DNA of 64,000 nucleotides from Bdellovibrionota bacterium (GTDB lineage: Bacteria > Bdellovibrionota_C > UBA2361 > JBGSMV01). The stretch's first letter is position 1. Each line of letters opens with the position of its first letter. Shown in pieces: positions 29,113-40,125 of the stretch. The translations under genes and the position numbers were made by a program. The stretch is from contig JBGSMV010000033.1 of assembly GCA_041739995.1 (NCBI GenBank), positions 1 through 64,000 of the forward strand, in the 5' to 3' direction. Below the pieces are notes generated by a model that saw nothing but the letters and a program-made list of their open reading frames with translations, ran no database searches and was not told the origin of the DNA.

Positions 29113-30741
29113 CTAGAGTACTTGCTCAAATCCTTGAGATTCGGACTCACCGATGAAGCAACGAAAGGCCCTGCCCCGCTCCTCAAAATCAGAAAACTCA
29201 TCAAAGCTGGCACATCCTGGACTAAAAAGTACGATATCCCGCTGTTCCGCGTTCATACGAACTCGCACAACTGCGGCTCCGAGATTAGGTTCATCGGAGG
29301 TCTGAATTCGGCGACTAAGACCTTCCGCAAGGAGCGCCGCGTGCACTCGTGGCCCATCCTGCCCAAAAAATACGATTGCCTTAATATTCACTCCTGGTTC
29401 ATGCAGCACTTTCATCAACGGAGCCCAGGAACCCCGCTTGGCTAACCCACCCACCATTAACACCAATCGACGTCCCGGAAACTGCGTAGAGACTGCGCGA
29501 ATCGCTTCGCAAGTTGCGGCGACTGTAGTCGCTTTGGAATCATTAAGAATTACTTGAGAAGACGTATCGCTGGGAACCAGCTCAAGGCGGTGAGCGAGCG
29601 GCTCGAAGCCTCGAATTGCCAATTCAACCGCTGGGGCTTGAGTCCATAAATCAATTCCATTGGCACAAAGCGAGAGAATGGCTGCTGCAAGATTATAGCG
29701 ATTATGTAATCCGATTAGTTTAGTGCCGGAGAGGTCAACCAGCACTTCTCGATTCCAAATCCCTTCAGTGCAAACTTTACCACGCTCTAAGCGGTCATCG
29801 CTCCAGCGCACTCGCACCGTATCTCGTCTTCGCTCTGGTGCATATTCAATCTCAGCCAATCCAAAGACTCTCGCCCGATGGTCACTAGCTTTAATCTGCT
29901 TGAGATTTGCGCCACCACGAACGCCCACCCATCCGATACGCGCTCGAGTTCGCTCAGCACAGGATTTGGAAAATGGATCATCAGCATTGAGAATCGAGAT
30001 GTCGCTCGCGCTCTGCCGCGCAAACATTTTGACCTTGGCGTCACCATAAGCCTCAAAAGTCTTGTGGCGCTCTAGGTGGTTTTCCGAGAGGTTCAATAAG
30101 ACAGCAACTTCTGGCTTCATAGCCTGACAAGCTTCCAGTTGGTAACTCGACGCCTCTACAACCAATGCATCGACATCAGCCCTTTCCGCAAAAGGATTGG
30201 CCTGCTGCAGCTTCTCACAGAAGGCAGCGGCCAACGGTAGGCCGATATTTCCACACAACATGCTGCGACTGCCACAGCTTTGCAGCAGATGATGCACCAG
30301 ACTTACGGTAGTACTCTTGCCATTGCTCCCGGTAATAACCACCGAAGGTTTGGCGAACAGCGCCATTCCCATTTCCAGCTCACTGAACACGCCGATATTC
30401 TGGGTGCGGGAATGAATAATAAGAGCTGATTCTAGAGACACCCCCGGACTCACAATTACGCAAGAATATGGGCCAATCGCCGGCGGAATATCAGCTTCGC
30501 CTACCCCCCAGAAAACCTGGATACCGCTCAGGAATTCCTCGATTGCCGACTTTCCCAAGCCAGCCTTACGACGAAACTCTTCTTCGCTTAAGGATTCAGT
30601 CGCCACTACCTTAATGCCCATTTTCTTGAACAGCTCGACTGTTGCCCTGCCACTGACGCCCAGGCCCATGACCAGTACCGCTCGACCGGCTGCGTGAGCA
30701 CACTTAAGTTCTAAGACAATATCCTTCGAGGAAGCCTGCAT
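29113..30741 (-). CDS. murD: UDP-N-acetylmuramoyl-L-alanine--D-glutamate ligase
   Basis: GLGVSG, SPGV, TGSNGKST, EASSYQL, HRLE, NDSKAT and SPGCASFD. Confidence 0.93.
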   Translation of the reverse strand: MQASSKDIVLELKCAHAAGRAVLVMGLGVSGRATVELFKKMGIKVVATESLSEEEFRRKAGLGKSAIEEFLSGIQVFWGVGEADIPPAIGPYSCVIVSPGVSLESALIIHSRTQNIGVFSELEMGMALFAKPSVVITGSNGKSTTVSLVHHLLQSCGSRSMLCGNIGLPLAAAFCEKLQQANPFAERADVDALVVEASSYQLEACQAMKPEVAVLLNLSENHLERHKTFEAYGDAKVKMFARQSASDISILNADDPFSKSCAERTRARIGWVGVRGGANLKQIKASDHRARVFGLAEIEYAPERRRDTVRVRWSDDRLERGKVCTEGIWNREVLVDLSGTKLIGLHNRYNLAAAILSLCANGIDLWTQAPAVELAIRGFEPLAHRLELVPSDTSSQVILNDSKATTVAATCEAIRAVSTQFPGRRLVLMVGGLAKRGSWAPLMKVLHEPGVNIKAIVFFGQDGPRVHAALLAEGLSRRIQTSDEPNLGAAVVRVRMNAEQRDIVLFSPGCASFDEFSDFEERGRAFRCFIGESESQGFEQVL

Positions 30742-30752
30742 AGAAAATTACC

Positions 30753-31829
30753 TTATCTAAGCTTTAGCGTCGTGAGCGAGAGTAATGCGAGTACAATTGA
30801 GATAATCCAGAATCGAACAATAATTTTTGGCTCAGCCCAACCTTTGAGTTCAAAGTGGTGATGAATCGGAGCCATGCGAAAAACTCGCTTCCCGGTCAGC
30901 TTGAAAGAATACCTCTGCACCAACACCGAGAGCGTCTCCACCACGAAAACGCCCCCCGCCAATACCAAAACTACTTCATGCTTCGTAAGGACAGCGACTA
31001 GCCCCAGCAGGCCGCCAAGTGCCAGCGCCCCAATATCGCCCATGAACACTTGCGCTGGAAAAGTGTTATACCACAAAAAGCCGAGTCCTCCTGCAACAAC
31101 CGCCGCCATAGGAATCGCGAGCTCTCCTGTGCCTGGAATATGCGGAATGCCCAAATAGCCAGAGACCACCACATGACCGGCAAGGTAGGCGAATAGACCG
31201 TACGTGGCTGCCACCGTCATAACGGGTCCAATGGCGAGACCATCTAAACCATCAGTCAGATTCACTGCATTGCTGGTTCCCACAATCACCACCGCGATGA
31301 AGGGCAGAAACAACCAGCCCAGTGAGATTTCCCACTCTTTAAAGAAGGGGAAGTGTAAGGCGGTCGAGAAGCCACTAAACCAAAGCACCAGTCCGACCAA
31401 AAGCGCGATTCCAAACTGTGCAATCATCTTCTCACGTTCTGAGAGACCTTTAGAATTCTGCTGACAGACTTTGCGCCAATCATCAAAAAATCCAATTAGC
31501 CCGAACAGCAGAAGCACTCCCACTGTCAACCACACATAAAGATTAGAAAGATCTGCGAGCAATAGAGTCGCGAGAATGACCGCCAGCACTATCACCACGC
31601 CGCCCATGGTCGGCGTACCTTTCTTGCCCTCGTGACCTTTCGGTCCGTCGTCACGAATAGGTTGTCCTTGAACTCCAAGCGCCTTCAGTTTGCGAATAAA
31701 GACTGGCTCGAGTGCTAAGACGAAAGTGAACGCGAACAAGAAAGCCAACATGGCTCTGAACGTCTGATAACGAAACACGTTCAGTCCAGCGAGTTCGTTT
31801 CGAAATTCTACAAGGAGGTGATACAGCAT
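30753..31829 (-). CDS. mraY: Phospho-MurNAc-pentapeptide transferase
   Basis: KKGTPTMGG, NAVNLTDGLDG, FMGD and APIHHHFE. Confidence 0.96.
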   Translation of the reverse strand: MLYHLLVEFRNELAGLNVFRYQTFRAMLAFLFAFTFVLALEPVFIRKLKALGVQGQPIRDDGPKGHEGKKGTPTMGGVVIVLAVILATLLLADLSNLYVWLTVGVLLLFGLIGFFDDWRKVCQQNSKGLSEREKMIAQFGIALLVGLVLWFSGFSTALHFPFFKEWEISLGWLFLPFIAVVIVGTSNAVNLTDGLDGLAIGPVMTVAATYGLFAYLAGHVVVSGYLGIPHIPGTGELAIPMAAVVAGGLGFLWYNTFPAQVFMGDIGALALGGLLGLVAVLTKHEVVLVLAGGVFVVETLSVLVQRYSFKLTGKRVFRMAPIHHHFELKGWAEPKIIVRFWIISIVLALLSLTTLKLR

Positions 31830-31921
31830 AACGATTCAAGCGAGCGCGACCTCTAAGATCAGGTCAGGTACGCACAACCAAAAATTAAGAAGCAGTACTG
31901 CGTCAAAAACTAACTTTCTAT

Positions 31922-33397
31922 TCAATCCTTTCCCGACACAGCTTTGCCCAACCGAGTATTAATCATTCGAACGGCCTGGTCGAGCTGTATACCTCTAGAA
32001 CCTTTAACCATAAGAATAGAATGGGGTTGAGTTAATACCCAGTCGGCGGCAGCTTCAGGCGTCAGTGTATGAAGAGAAGGAGTGGCGGCCTGGTTGGCCG
32101 TGGTACCTTCGAGCCTCTCTAAATAGTGCTTTGACAGCGGCCCAACCGCGGCAACCGCGACTGGGCTGGCTGCTTTCACTTGAGCGCTCATCTCCTTGTG
32201 CAACTCTTCCGCCCGATGACCCATTTCCAACATGTCACCAATGACAAGAGCTACCTTTTGACCGGCAGCCGACAAATCCCTGGCCACACCTAAAAACGCC
32301 CCCATCGAGGCTGGATTGGCGTTGTAGGAGTCATCGATGATCCATCGTCCTTCCGCAATCTGACGGCAGTTCATCCTCATGGCTGGCGCAACAAAGCTCG
32401 CCAAGCGCTTTGAGATCTGATCGACCGTTATCTGCGGGGCGAGCAGTCGAGCGATTAAAGCCGCACATGCCGCGTTATAAGCATTCTGGGTACCCAGTAT
32501 CTCCATTTTTACCTCTGCTCGCTCTTCGACCTGCGCCGAGCCTGGGGGCCCGTGGCGAAGAACCAAAGTGAAGCCGATGCCCTCCAAGCCGAAGCTTCGA
32601 ATCCCCACTACTTGAGCCTGACACTGCGGGTCATCCCCAAAATAGCTGACTGGCAATCGGTGTTTGGGGTCCAGAACCTCGCGACCACGCCCAAGACAAG
32701 CATCAGAATGATTGAGTACGACAGTCCCTCCGGGCCTAAGGCCCTGCGTTATTTCAAACTTAGCCGCCGCGATCTCATCTAATGAATGGAAATTCTCAAG
32801 ATGTGCAGGCGCGATACAGGTAATGCCGACATGATTCGGCTCTGCTATTCTTGTTATTCGGGCGATCTCGCCAGCATGGCTCATGCCCATTTCCACCACC
32901 GCCCACTGATGCTCTCGCGTCATGCCGCATAAGGTGTAAGGCAGTCCAACATGGTTATTGAAAGACTTCTTAGAATATGCTCCAGGCCCCACGCCAAGCA
33001 GTAGATGTGCCGCGATTTCTTTCACAGTGGTCTTCCCCACTGAGCCGGTGATTGCAAACAAGGGCAGGTTAAGTTCGTTTCTCCACCAGCGCGCCAAGTC
33101 AGAAAAAGCATCTAGGCTATTGGGCACCACCACAATGCGATCACGATGAGGCGAAGCCGAAAAGAGCGATCCGTCCTCTACCACCACCAACGCAGCACCG
33201 GAAACGAGCACTTGGTCCACATACTGATGACCGTGCGTAGTGGCGCCGTCTAGTGCAAAGAAAAGCTCGCCACCTCTAATTTCACGCGAATCAAACTGCA
33301 CTCCTACAAATGAGATTCTCGTATCGTCTGATTCAGAAGAGAGAGCCGCTCCCTTCACTATTTCGCACAGGCGCTTTTTTGACAGGCTTATCGACAT
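31922..33397 (-). CDS. murF: UDP-MurNAc-tripeptide--D-Ala-D-Ala ligase
   Basis: TGSVGKTT, NNHVGLP, DDSYNANP and KGSRG. Confidence 0.94.
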   Translation of the reverse strand: MSISLSKKRLCEIVKGAALSSESDDTRISFVGVQFDSREIRGGELFFALDGATTHGHQYVDQVLVSGAALVVVEDGSLFSASPHRDRIVVVPNSLDAFSDLARWWRNELNLPLFAITGSVGKTTVKEIAAHLLLGVGPGAYSKKSFNNHVGLPYTLCGMTREHQWAVVEMGMSHAGEIARITRIAEPNHVGITCIAPAHLENFHSLDEIAAAKFEITQGLRPGGTVVLNHSDACLGRGREVLDPKHRLPVSYFGDDPQCQAQVVGIRSFGLEGIGFTLVLRHGPPGSAQVEERAEVKMEILGTQNAYNAACAALIARLLAPQITVDQISKRLASFVAPAMRMNCRQIAEGRWIIDDSYNANPASMGAFLGVARDLSAAGQKVALVIGDMLEMGHRAEELHKEMSAQVKAASPVAVAAVGPLSKHYLERLEGTTANQAATPSLHTLTPEAAADWVLTQPHSILMVKGSRGIQLDQAVRMINTRLGKAVSGKD

Positions 33398-33411
33398 TTC
33401 TATTCCCTTAC

Positions 33412-34950
33412 CTATTTTCCTGCCTCTTCCCCATAGAAGCGCCGAACTTCCTCATGATCCGAGAAGTGAGTCTTCGTCTGTCCGATAATCTGATAGTCCT
33501 CATGCCCCTTACCAGCAATCAGCACTGAATCGGAACGACCCGCAGCCTGGAGCACCGTTTGGATTGCTTGTGTCCTATCGACCTGCACTATGCCGTCAGA
33601 CTTAATTCTCTCCCCCGCAGAGCAATTAAGCACTTCGTTCACGATTTTTTGTGGATCTTCAGTGCGTGGATTGTCAGAGGTGAGCACTACCTTATCCGCA
33701 AAAGACGTCGCGACTTCGGCCATGATAGGACGCTTTCCAGGATCCCTGTCCCCGCCACATCCGAACAACACCCACAAATTTCCCTTTGTGGTAAGCCGAA
33801 CGGCCGTCAATGCTTTCTCAAGTGCATCTGGGGTGTGCGCATAATCGACGTATACCGCTGGGTCTTGGGAACGCAGACACTCAAGACGCCCCGTCACCGT
33901 GGGAATTCCTGACAGGTGATCACATATCTCGGCAAGTGAGTATCCAAGCGCATGCACACACGCCACTGCCGAAGCAGTGTTCTGAGCGTTATGATGCCCA
34001 ATCATATCGGTAGTGGCGTGAATCAGCGCTCCAAAACCAGAAAACACTAACTGGCTTCCCGCACCAACGGTTTGCATATCAGAAATTCTCAAATTCGCAT
34101 CCTGTGCAAATCCGGTCGTGCAAATTTTGAGTTTCCCCTCTCGGGTGAGCTCCTTCGCAAGCTGCCTTCCGTATGGATCGTCAATACAAATCACTCCAGT
34201 CGGCTGGGGCTTAGTGCTTTGCGCCGCAAGCTCGAATAGCTTTCTCTTAGCTCGATAGTACTCTTCCATCGTCTTGTGATAGTCGAGGTGATCTCTTGTG
34301 AGATTGGTAAAGGCTACGACGTCGAACTGAACATCATCAGCGCGGCATTGCGCGAGTGCATGCGAAGACACCTCAAGCACCGCTGACTGACACCCGGATG
34401 CGAGCCCTTGCCGCAGCACTCCTTGAAGTTGAACTGCATCAGGCGTGGTGCGCATACCAATTCGGGCATGATAGCTCGGCATTCCCAGCCCCAGAGTACC
34501 CAGACGCACACAAGAAAATCCGAGGCGATTCAGTAGATGAAATACTAACCAGTTGATGGTGGTCTTGCCGTTGGTACCGGTAACCCCAACCACTTTGAGT
34601 GCAGACGAAGGGTACCCGAACCGTAGGGCTGCAAGAGCGCTCAAAGCCTTGCGAGTATCGGAGACTTCGATGACGGCTATTCCTTCAGGCACCTCACTCA
34701 AGGAAGGGAAGCAATCATGCTGTACCACTAACAACGCGGCCCCCCTCTCGACCGCGTCTCCGATATAGTTGTGTCCGTCCGCAACAACTCCTCGAATGGC
34801 GACGAAACAACTACCGGGCACACAGGCACTACTGGACACGCACAGCTCAGAAACTGAAGCACCACTCACTCCACCATGGCGAAGATTTCCGTCAATCAAC
34901 TTGGCAATTTCGGCGATCGATTCGTTCCACGGGTAAGGTGCTTCATTCAT
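33412..34950 (-). CDS. murE: UDP-MurNAc-dipeptide--meso-DAP ligase
   Basis: TGTNGKTT, DHLDYH, DYAHTPD, DNPR (DAP type) and GKGHE. Confidence 0.95.
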   Translation of the reverse strand: MNEAPYPWNESIAEIAKLIDGNLRHGGVSGASVSELCVSSSACVPGSCFVAIRGVVADGHNYIGDAVERGAALLVVQHDCFPSLSEVPEGIAVIEVSDTRKALSALAALRFGYPSSALKVVGVTGTNGKTTINWLVFHLLNRLGFSCVRLGTLGLGMPSYHARIGMRTTPDAVQLQGVLRQGLASGCQSAVLEVSSHALAQCRADDVQFDVVAFTNLTRDHLDYHKTMEEYYRAKRKLFELAAQSTKPQPTGVICIDDPYGRQLAKELTREGKLKICTTGFAQDANLRISDMQTVGAGSQLVFSGFGALIHATTDMIGHHNAQNTASAVACVHALGYSLAEICDHLSGIPTVTGRLECLRSQDPAVYVDYAHTPDALEKALTAVRLTTKGNLWVLFGCGGDRDPGKRPIMAEVATSFADKVVLTSDNPRTEDPQKIVNEVLNCSAGERIKSDGIVQVDRTQAIQTVLQAAGRSDSVLIAGKGHEDYQIIGQTKTHFSDHEEVRRFYGEEAGK

Positions 34951-35088
34951 AGCCGCCCCGTTTTACGCCAGGGCACTATATGAAGTCGAGCCATTGGAAT
35001 CGCAGCCTGCTTTCGAATAGGTCTTCTATTCTTGTTTGGTTAGATCGGGAAATGCCCTTACCTTGGGGGAATAACCGAAGGGCACTAC

Positions 35089-36063
35089 ATGAATCACTCT
35101 TATGAACCTGAAAGGCTTGAACCATCGGCCTCCCCTTTACAGGGCTTACAGCCTCCTCAGTCGCCGACGGCCATAAATACCCCCGCTGAACTGGTGAAGT
35201 CCCTGGACGCCCTAATTCGGACCATAAAGAATACCCATAGAGACCCCGCCTGGGGACATCCTGACGGACTTAAGCGCGCAGCATCAAATATCGAGGAACT
35301 GGTTAAGAATCATGGGCCAAAGGTCATTGAACTGGGCCAAACGTCTGAAAAGCTGTGCTCGACTCTCACGCGACTAGCCCAAAGTCCAGACAGCGCACCG
35401 AAGCTGGTCCTCGCTCTCACTCGCGAAGTGGCCTGCAGTGATGCCATGCTGGTGGCGCTCTATGTTCTGAAAGCAGCCCTCCCTCAACTGCCGAACAGCT
35501 CTCAGCCCCCACTCGATCCCAAGGCTCTAATACGTGACCTTGAACAAACCCTATCCTCCATCATCGCCCCGAATAAGACATTGATTCCTGATCTTCTTGA
35601 AGATTTCGATCACGAAGAGCTAGCGCAAAAACTACGAGTCATTTTGCATGATCTCGAAGATGTCTCAGAGCCGGTCAGAGAAACACCTGAGAACACCATT
35701 CGGCTTGCATCCGCAGTCGAAGAAGTAGAAACATTCTTCGCCGTGATTGCCAAGAAGGGTCATCCGCTTACCGCCGTGGTTTCTACCTGGCTCAAGCAAA
35801 GAGAACAGCTTAAACAAACCTTAGAAGCCGCGATGAGAGAATTTCATAAGATAGAGCTGGAAGGTTCGAGCTTTATCAATCAAGCTTTGGCGAAACGGGC
35901 CAGCGGCCCACCGCACGAAAAGTCGGCATCAAACCATGCGGAAGCTAATGGCACGGCCCCTCAACCAGAACCTTCGAAGGCACCTTCGGGGAAACCTCAA
36001 CCTCCCGATCTTCCAAAAACCTCCTTCCTGGACGAGATTGAAGGCCTCGATGAGATGAAGTAG
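35089..36063 (+). CDS. Hypothetical helical protein
   Basis: 324-aa ORF antisense to the dcw cluster; Pro-rich ends; no recognisable motif. Confidence 0.6.
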   Translation: MNHSYEPERLEPSASPLQGLQPPQSPTAINTPAELVKSLDALIRTIKNTHRDPAWGHPDGLKRAASNIEELVKNHGPKVIELGQTSEKLCSTLTRLAQSPDSAPKLVLALTREVACSDAMLVALYVLKAALPQLPNSSQPPLDPKALIRDLEQTLSSIIAPNKTLIPDLLEDFDHEELAQKLRVILHDLEDVSEPVRETPENTIRLASAVEEVETFFAVIAKKGHPLTAVVSTWLKQREQLKQTLEAAMREFHKIELEGSSFINQALAKRASGPPHEKSASNHAEANGTAPQPEPSKAPSGKPQPPDLPKTSFLDEIEGLDEMK

Positions 36064-36125
36064 GCGCCGGGGACCGCCGCAGCAGCACCCCCATTCGATC
36101 GGGAAACACGGCAAGAGATGCAAAC

Positions 36126-36260
36126 ATGGGAAAATCAGAGCATTTTCGGCAGCAAGAAGACCGACAGAAACAAAAAGCTGCCGACAAAGCTGACCGTCTC
36201 AAATCCGCGGGACTGAAAGTTAATCCTCAGGCTCCGCGCAAGGGAAACAAGGGCCCCTAG
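36126..36260 (+). CDS. Possible 44-aa basic small protein
   Basis: Manual translation MGKSEHFRQQEDRQKQKAADKADRLKSAGLKVNPQAPRKGNKGP*; weak RBS. Confidence 0.35.
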   Translation: MGKSEHFRQQEDRQKQKAADKADRLKSAGLKVNPQAPRKGNKGP

Positions 36261-36320
36261 TTGAGTGAGACCACTTCAGTATCGATTCACTCCGATGGTC
36301 CTCGCAACTCAGGTCTAGCC

Positions 36321-38153
36321 TCAACTGCGAAGAGTCGGTCGCTTGACGCTTGAAGATTCTTCGCTCACTTCCTGTATGCCAGTGGCACAAGCCGCCGCTT
36401 CACGCGGATGAAGCTGCGCTTCAGTGGCCAGAGTCTGCAAGGTCCTCTGCATCACGCGCTGAAATACGGGAGCCGCTAGAGTGCCGCCATAAATCGAAGT
36501 CGTATTGGGTCGGTCTACCACGATGATAAGCGACAGCGTACGTGAGACCCCTACCGACGTGCCGTCAGTGAATCCGACGAAAGAAGAAATATAGGCTCCG
36601 TCTTCATAGCCCCGACCACCCTCTCGCACCCGCTCTGCAGTTCCGGTTTTTCCACCAACACGCAGCCCTGGGATAGCGGCTCGCCTGCCAGTGCCATGTT
36701 CATCCTCAACCACTGCATACATCATTTCGCGTGCCTGTTCTGCCGCAGTGGACGAAACTACGCGCTCAGCCCTTGGTCGTTCACGGTCGGCAAAAAGATA
36801 AGGCTGTGGTAGAACTCCACCATTTGCGATCGCTGAAACTGCCCGCACTACTTGCAAAGGCGTAACGGCAAAACCATGCCCAAACGAGTGTGTTGCTTCA
36901 TCAACATGCGCCCAGGTCTTAGAGGGTCTTAAGATTCCAGCGGTCGATCCAGGAAGTCCCAGATTTGAAGATTGTCCAAATCCAAAATGTGAAAGCGTAT
37001 CTCTCAAACGTTCTTTACCGAACATGAAGCCCACGCGAGACATTCCAATGTTGGAAGAGCGCACCACCACGTCAAATAACGAGAGTCTGGCATGGGGATG
37101 AACGTCCTTAATGGTTGTCCGCCCCACAGTCATGAACCCTTTGCCACAATCGAGCATTTCTGCAGAGCCGATTAGCTTCGCATCAATGGCCGCGGCTGCA
37201 ATCAGCGGTTTAACGGTAGAACCAGGCTCATAGATGGTTTCGACCACGAGGTTCTTCAACTGATCTTTGTGAGCAATCTTGGCAACATTAAAATTTGCCG
37301 CCGGCGCCTGCCCCATTGCAAGAATCTCCCCGGTCTCCGCGTCCATCAGAACGCCCATAGTGGTCTTGGCGCGACTCTCTCGCCGACCACGTTCAAGCTC
37401 TTGATCTAGAATTTGCTGAAGGGAAGCGTCAACGGTCAGGGAAAGCGAACTACCACGCGGCAGGTCGCTGCCCTGATTCCCATCGGCCGAAACCTGGATA
37501 AGATTACCAAGCGCATCCTTACGTATCGTCGACTGAACATGCTCGCCATGTAAAACACGTTCATACTGTTGCTCGAGACCCGACAGCCCCACACCATCTA
37601 CCCCCACCTTTCCAATCAAGGCACTGGCCGCATGGTTAAACGGATAATATCTACGTGATTCGATGACGGACCCTACCCCATCAAGCTGAAGCTCAAGCAC
37701 CTGTTGCACCGTTGCTCGGGGAAGCTGTCGCTCCACCCACACAAATGGGCTCTTACTGTTGAGGCGCTCAATCACCAGTGACTTGTTAATCTTAAGGGTC
37801 TTGGCAAGCGCAGCAGCAGTAGCGACTTTGTCTTTCACTTGTCCTGGGCGCACATACACAGAACTGGCAGGCACTGAAACCGCCATCAATCGTCCGCGTC
37901 GGTCATAAATAGGACCGCGCTCAGAAGCTAACTTCACCTCGGCAAGATGCTGTTTCACTGCCCACTCTTGCCAGGTATCTTTATTGGTAATTTGAAGGCT
38001 CACCAACCGAGAGACTACAACGCCAGTCCAAGCAAGCGCGACGAACCCTAAGCACCACACCCGCATGCGTCGCCCGCGAGGAGACACGCAGTCTGGCTCC
38101 GGCGACAACCCGCGCGTTACAGTAGCTCGATATTTCCGGCGCTTGGCTTGCAT
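36321..38153 (-). CDS. ftsI: Division transpeptidase PBP3
   Basis: RGPIYDR, RYYP, GLSGLE, EPGSTVK (SxxK), SSN and KTG. Confidence 0.92.
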   Translation of the reverse strand: MQAKRRKYRATVTRGLSPEPDCVSPRGRRMRVWCLGFVALAWTGVVVSRLVSLQITNKDTWQEWAVKQHLAEVKLASERGPIYDRRGRLMAVSVPASSVYVRPGQVKDKVATAAALAKTLKINKSLVIERLNSKSPFVWVERQLPRATVQQVLELQLDGVGSVIESRRYYPFNHAASALIGKVGVDGVGLSGLEQQYERVLHGEHVQSTIRKDALGNLIQVSADGNQGSDLPRGSSLSLTVDASLQQILDQELERGRRESRAKTTMGVLMDAETGEILAMGQAPAANFNVAKIAHKDQLKNLVVETIYEPGSTVKPLIAAAAIDAKLIGSAEMLDCGKGFMTVGRTTIKDVHPHARLSLFDVVVRSSNIGMSRVGFMFGKERLRDTLSHFGFGQSSNLGLPGSTAGILRPSKTWAHVDEATHSFGHGFAVTPLQVVRAVSAIANGGVLPQPYLFADRERPRAERVVSSTAAEQAREMMYAVVEDEHGTGRRAAIPGLRVGGKTGTAERVREGGRGYEDGAYISSFVGFTDGTSVGVSRTLSLIIVVDRPNTTSIYGGTLAAPVFQRVMQRTLQTLATEAQLHPREAAACATGIQEVSEESSSVKRPTLRS

Positions 38154-38157
38154 AGTC

Positions 38158-38475
38158 CTAATAGCTCACTTCAATAGCATTTTGCGCGGAGACATTTCTT
38201 AACCCAAGCTCAGCGCGCGCGCGAGCCTGTAATGCATCGGGACGCAACAAAACTGAGCGTTCCAGTTCAAGTTCTCGGCGTTCCATATCCAACGCAAGCA
38301 GCATTTGACGTTGCTCAGCCAACTTGTATCCAAGGTCCACGCTCTCGAGCTTGACCCACACCTTTAGTGTCAGCGCCAATATCAGCAACAACCCCGCACC
38401 AAATTGCAAACGCACCGACACCACTCGCTCAGCGGGACGAGTATAGACAGACTGATAATCAAGACAGATAGCCAT
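38158..38475 (-). CDS. ftsL: Cell division protein FtsL
   Basis: Single TM, leucine zipper ending ARAELGL, located between rsmH and ftsI. Confidence 0.8.
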   Translation of the reverse strand: MAICLDYQSVYTRPAERVVSVRLQFGAGLLLILALTLKVWVKLESVDLGYKLAEQRQMLLALDMERRELELERSVLLRPDALQARARAELGLRNVSAQNAIEVSY

Positions 38476-38497
38476 GTGACTCCACACCCCTTACTAC

Positions 38498-39514
38498 TTA
38501 ATCAAACTCAAATACGCGCAGACGCGCACTACGCGCTCGAGAATTGCGCGCCACTTCTTCTTCCGACGGAACTACGGGTTTGCGGGTAATGATGGTACCC
38601 ACCGGGCGCCCTTGCTGAACCAGGTCGCTGCGACTATTTGCTTGGGTCTCCGCGTCCGCCGTAGGCTTACGCGGCTCTCGCACCCGACTTTCCCGCCACA
38701 TGGCAGGCAACGCTTCCCCAGATTCCCAACGACGCATACGCTGCGCGACTAACTTGTCTTCTCCGCTATGAAAGGTGATGGCAGCGAACCTACCTTTTGA
38801 CTTCATCAAATTGGGCACGCAATCAAGGAGCTGCGAGATCTGCTGGAGCTCTTGATTGACCTCCATGCGAATGGCCTGGAATGGCACCGTCGCAGGGTGA
38901 AAGCCCGGCTTGATCATTCGTTTGGGCGTAGCAGACAGCATCAAATCCGCCAGGGCCTTCGATGAAACAATTGGTCGATTTCTGACGATGGCGCGCGCAA
39001 GCGCCTTGGCGTTCTCACCGACTCCGCCCTGCTTAAAGGCGATGAACAAATCTCGCTCAGGGTAGTTGTTGACGACCTCGTCGGCGCTCCTGCTTGATGA
39101 CTCATCCATTCGCATGTCGAGCGCTGACTCATCGTTGAAGGAAAACCCTCTGTCTTCATCGATCTGATCACTAGACAGCCCCAGATCCGCGAGCACTCCG
39201 TCAAAGGTTCGCTCTCCGCACACACTGGACAAATCCGCAAAGGATGCGTGAACAAGCTCGAGTCTCGGCTTGCCCTCGATCCATTTTTGCAGAGAAGTTG
39301 AGGCACGTTCTAGTGCGCGCGCATCCCGGTCGATCGCCATCACCTCATTTTGAGAGTTTCCAGTAAGCATCAAGGTAGTATGCCCGCCACCGCCTAGGGT
39401 GCAGTCCAAGAATTGTCCGCCAGCTTTCAAGCGCAACAAGTCAGAAACTTCAGATGGCATGACAGAAACGTGAACTGTGGTCGTACCTCCTCCCTGAATC
39501 TCTGCGGTAATCAT
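38498..39514 (-). CDS. rsmH: 16S rRNA m4C1402 methyltransferase
   Basis: DCTLGGGGH, DLGLSS, LDMRMD, FHSGED and N.RARSARLR. Confidence 0.95.
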   Translation of the reverse strand: MITAEIQGGGTTTVHVSVMPSEVSDLLRLKAGGQFLDCTLGGGGHTTLMLTGNSQNEVMAIDRDARALERASTSLQKWIEGKPRLELVHASFADLSSVCGERTFDGVLADLGLSSDQIDEDRGFSFNDESALDMRMDESSSRSADEVVNNYPERDLFIAFKQGGVGENAKALARAIVRNRPIVSSKALADLMLSATPKRMIKPGFHPATVPFQAIRMEVNQELQQISQLLDCVPNLMKSKGRFAAITFHSGEDKLVAQRMRRWESGEALPAMWRESRVREPRKPTADAETQANSRSDLVQQGRPVGTIITRKPVVPSEEEVARNSRARSARLRVFEFD

Positions 39515-40059
39515 AGGTCCACCTCTGAGAAGATGGTCGGATCACTCATGAGTGCTTCTTCGGCCTGAGAGAAGACTACGGCCCAAACTCTAGAATCCCA
39601 CAGACGAAAGCCGTGAATGGAAGAAGTAAACGTGCAGTCGCGCTCGAGGCCAGCGTACTGCCTTAGGTGAGAGGGCACGAGGATTCTGCCTGCCGCATCG
39701 ATAGAGCATTCACCCGCTCGGCTAAGGTAAAAGTTTTCTAATTTTTGCAACTTTGGATCAAAGCGACTCTTAGCGCGCAGTCTTTTCTCAAAGGCATGCC
39801 ATGCCGAAAGGCCGAAACCCTCTAAGCATCGCGAGCCATCGGAGACGTAGTTGGTAAGGACGATTGATTCATCGCCAACGTCCCCAAGTGTCTTGCGGAA
39901 TTCTACTGGCAGACTTACTCGGCCTTTCTCATCGAGTGCGTGTGAAAAGTTGCCGCGGAAGACTGCGCTCTCAGTGGGCTGCGCTTCATGAGCGTGACCA
40001 TCTCCACTGGCCGCAACCAGCTTTGATTTTTCCTTTGAAGTCACACGTGTCGGCGACAT
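39511..40059 (-). CDS. mraZ: dcw cluster transcriptional regulator MraZ
   Basis: LDEKGRVSLP and IDAAGRILVP (two DxxGR motifs). Confidence 0.93.
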   Translation of the reverse strand: MSPTRVTSKEKSKLVAASGDGHAHEAQPTESAVFRGNFSHALDEKGRVSLPVEFRKTLGDVGDESIVLTNYVSDGSRCLEGFGLSAWHAFEKRLRAKSRFDPKLQKLENFYLSRAGECSIDAAGRILVPSHLRQYAGLERDCTFTSSIHGFRLWDSRVWAVVFSQAEEALMSDPTIFSEVDL

Positions 40060-40125
40060 GCGGTCCCTAAGCAGATTGAAGTTACTTTTGGCGAATAGAG
40101 TCGAGTGACCTACAGAACCGGCTCA

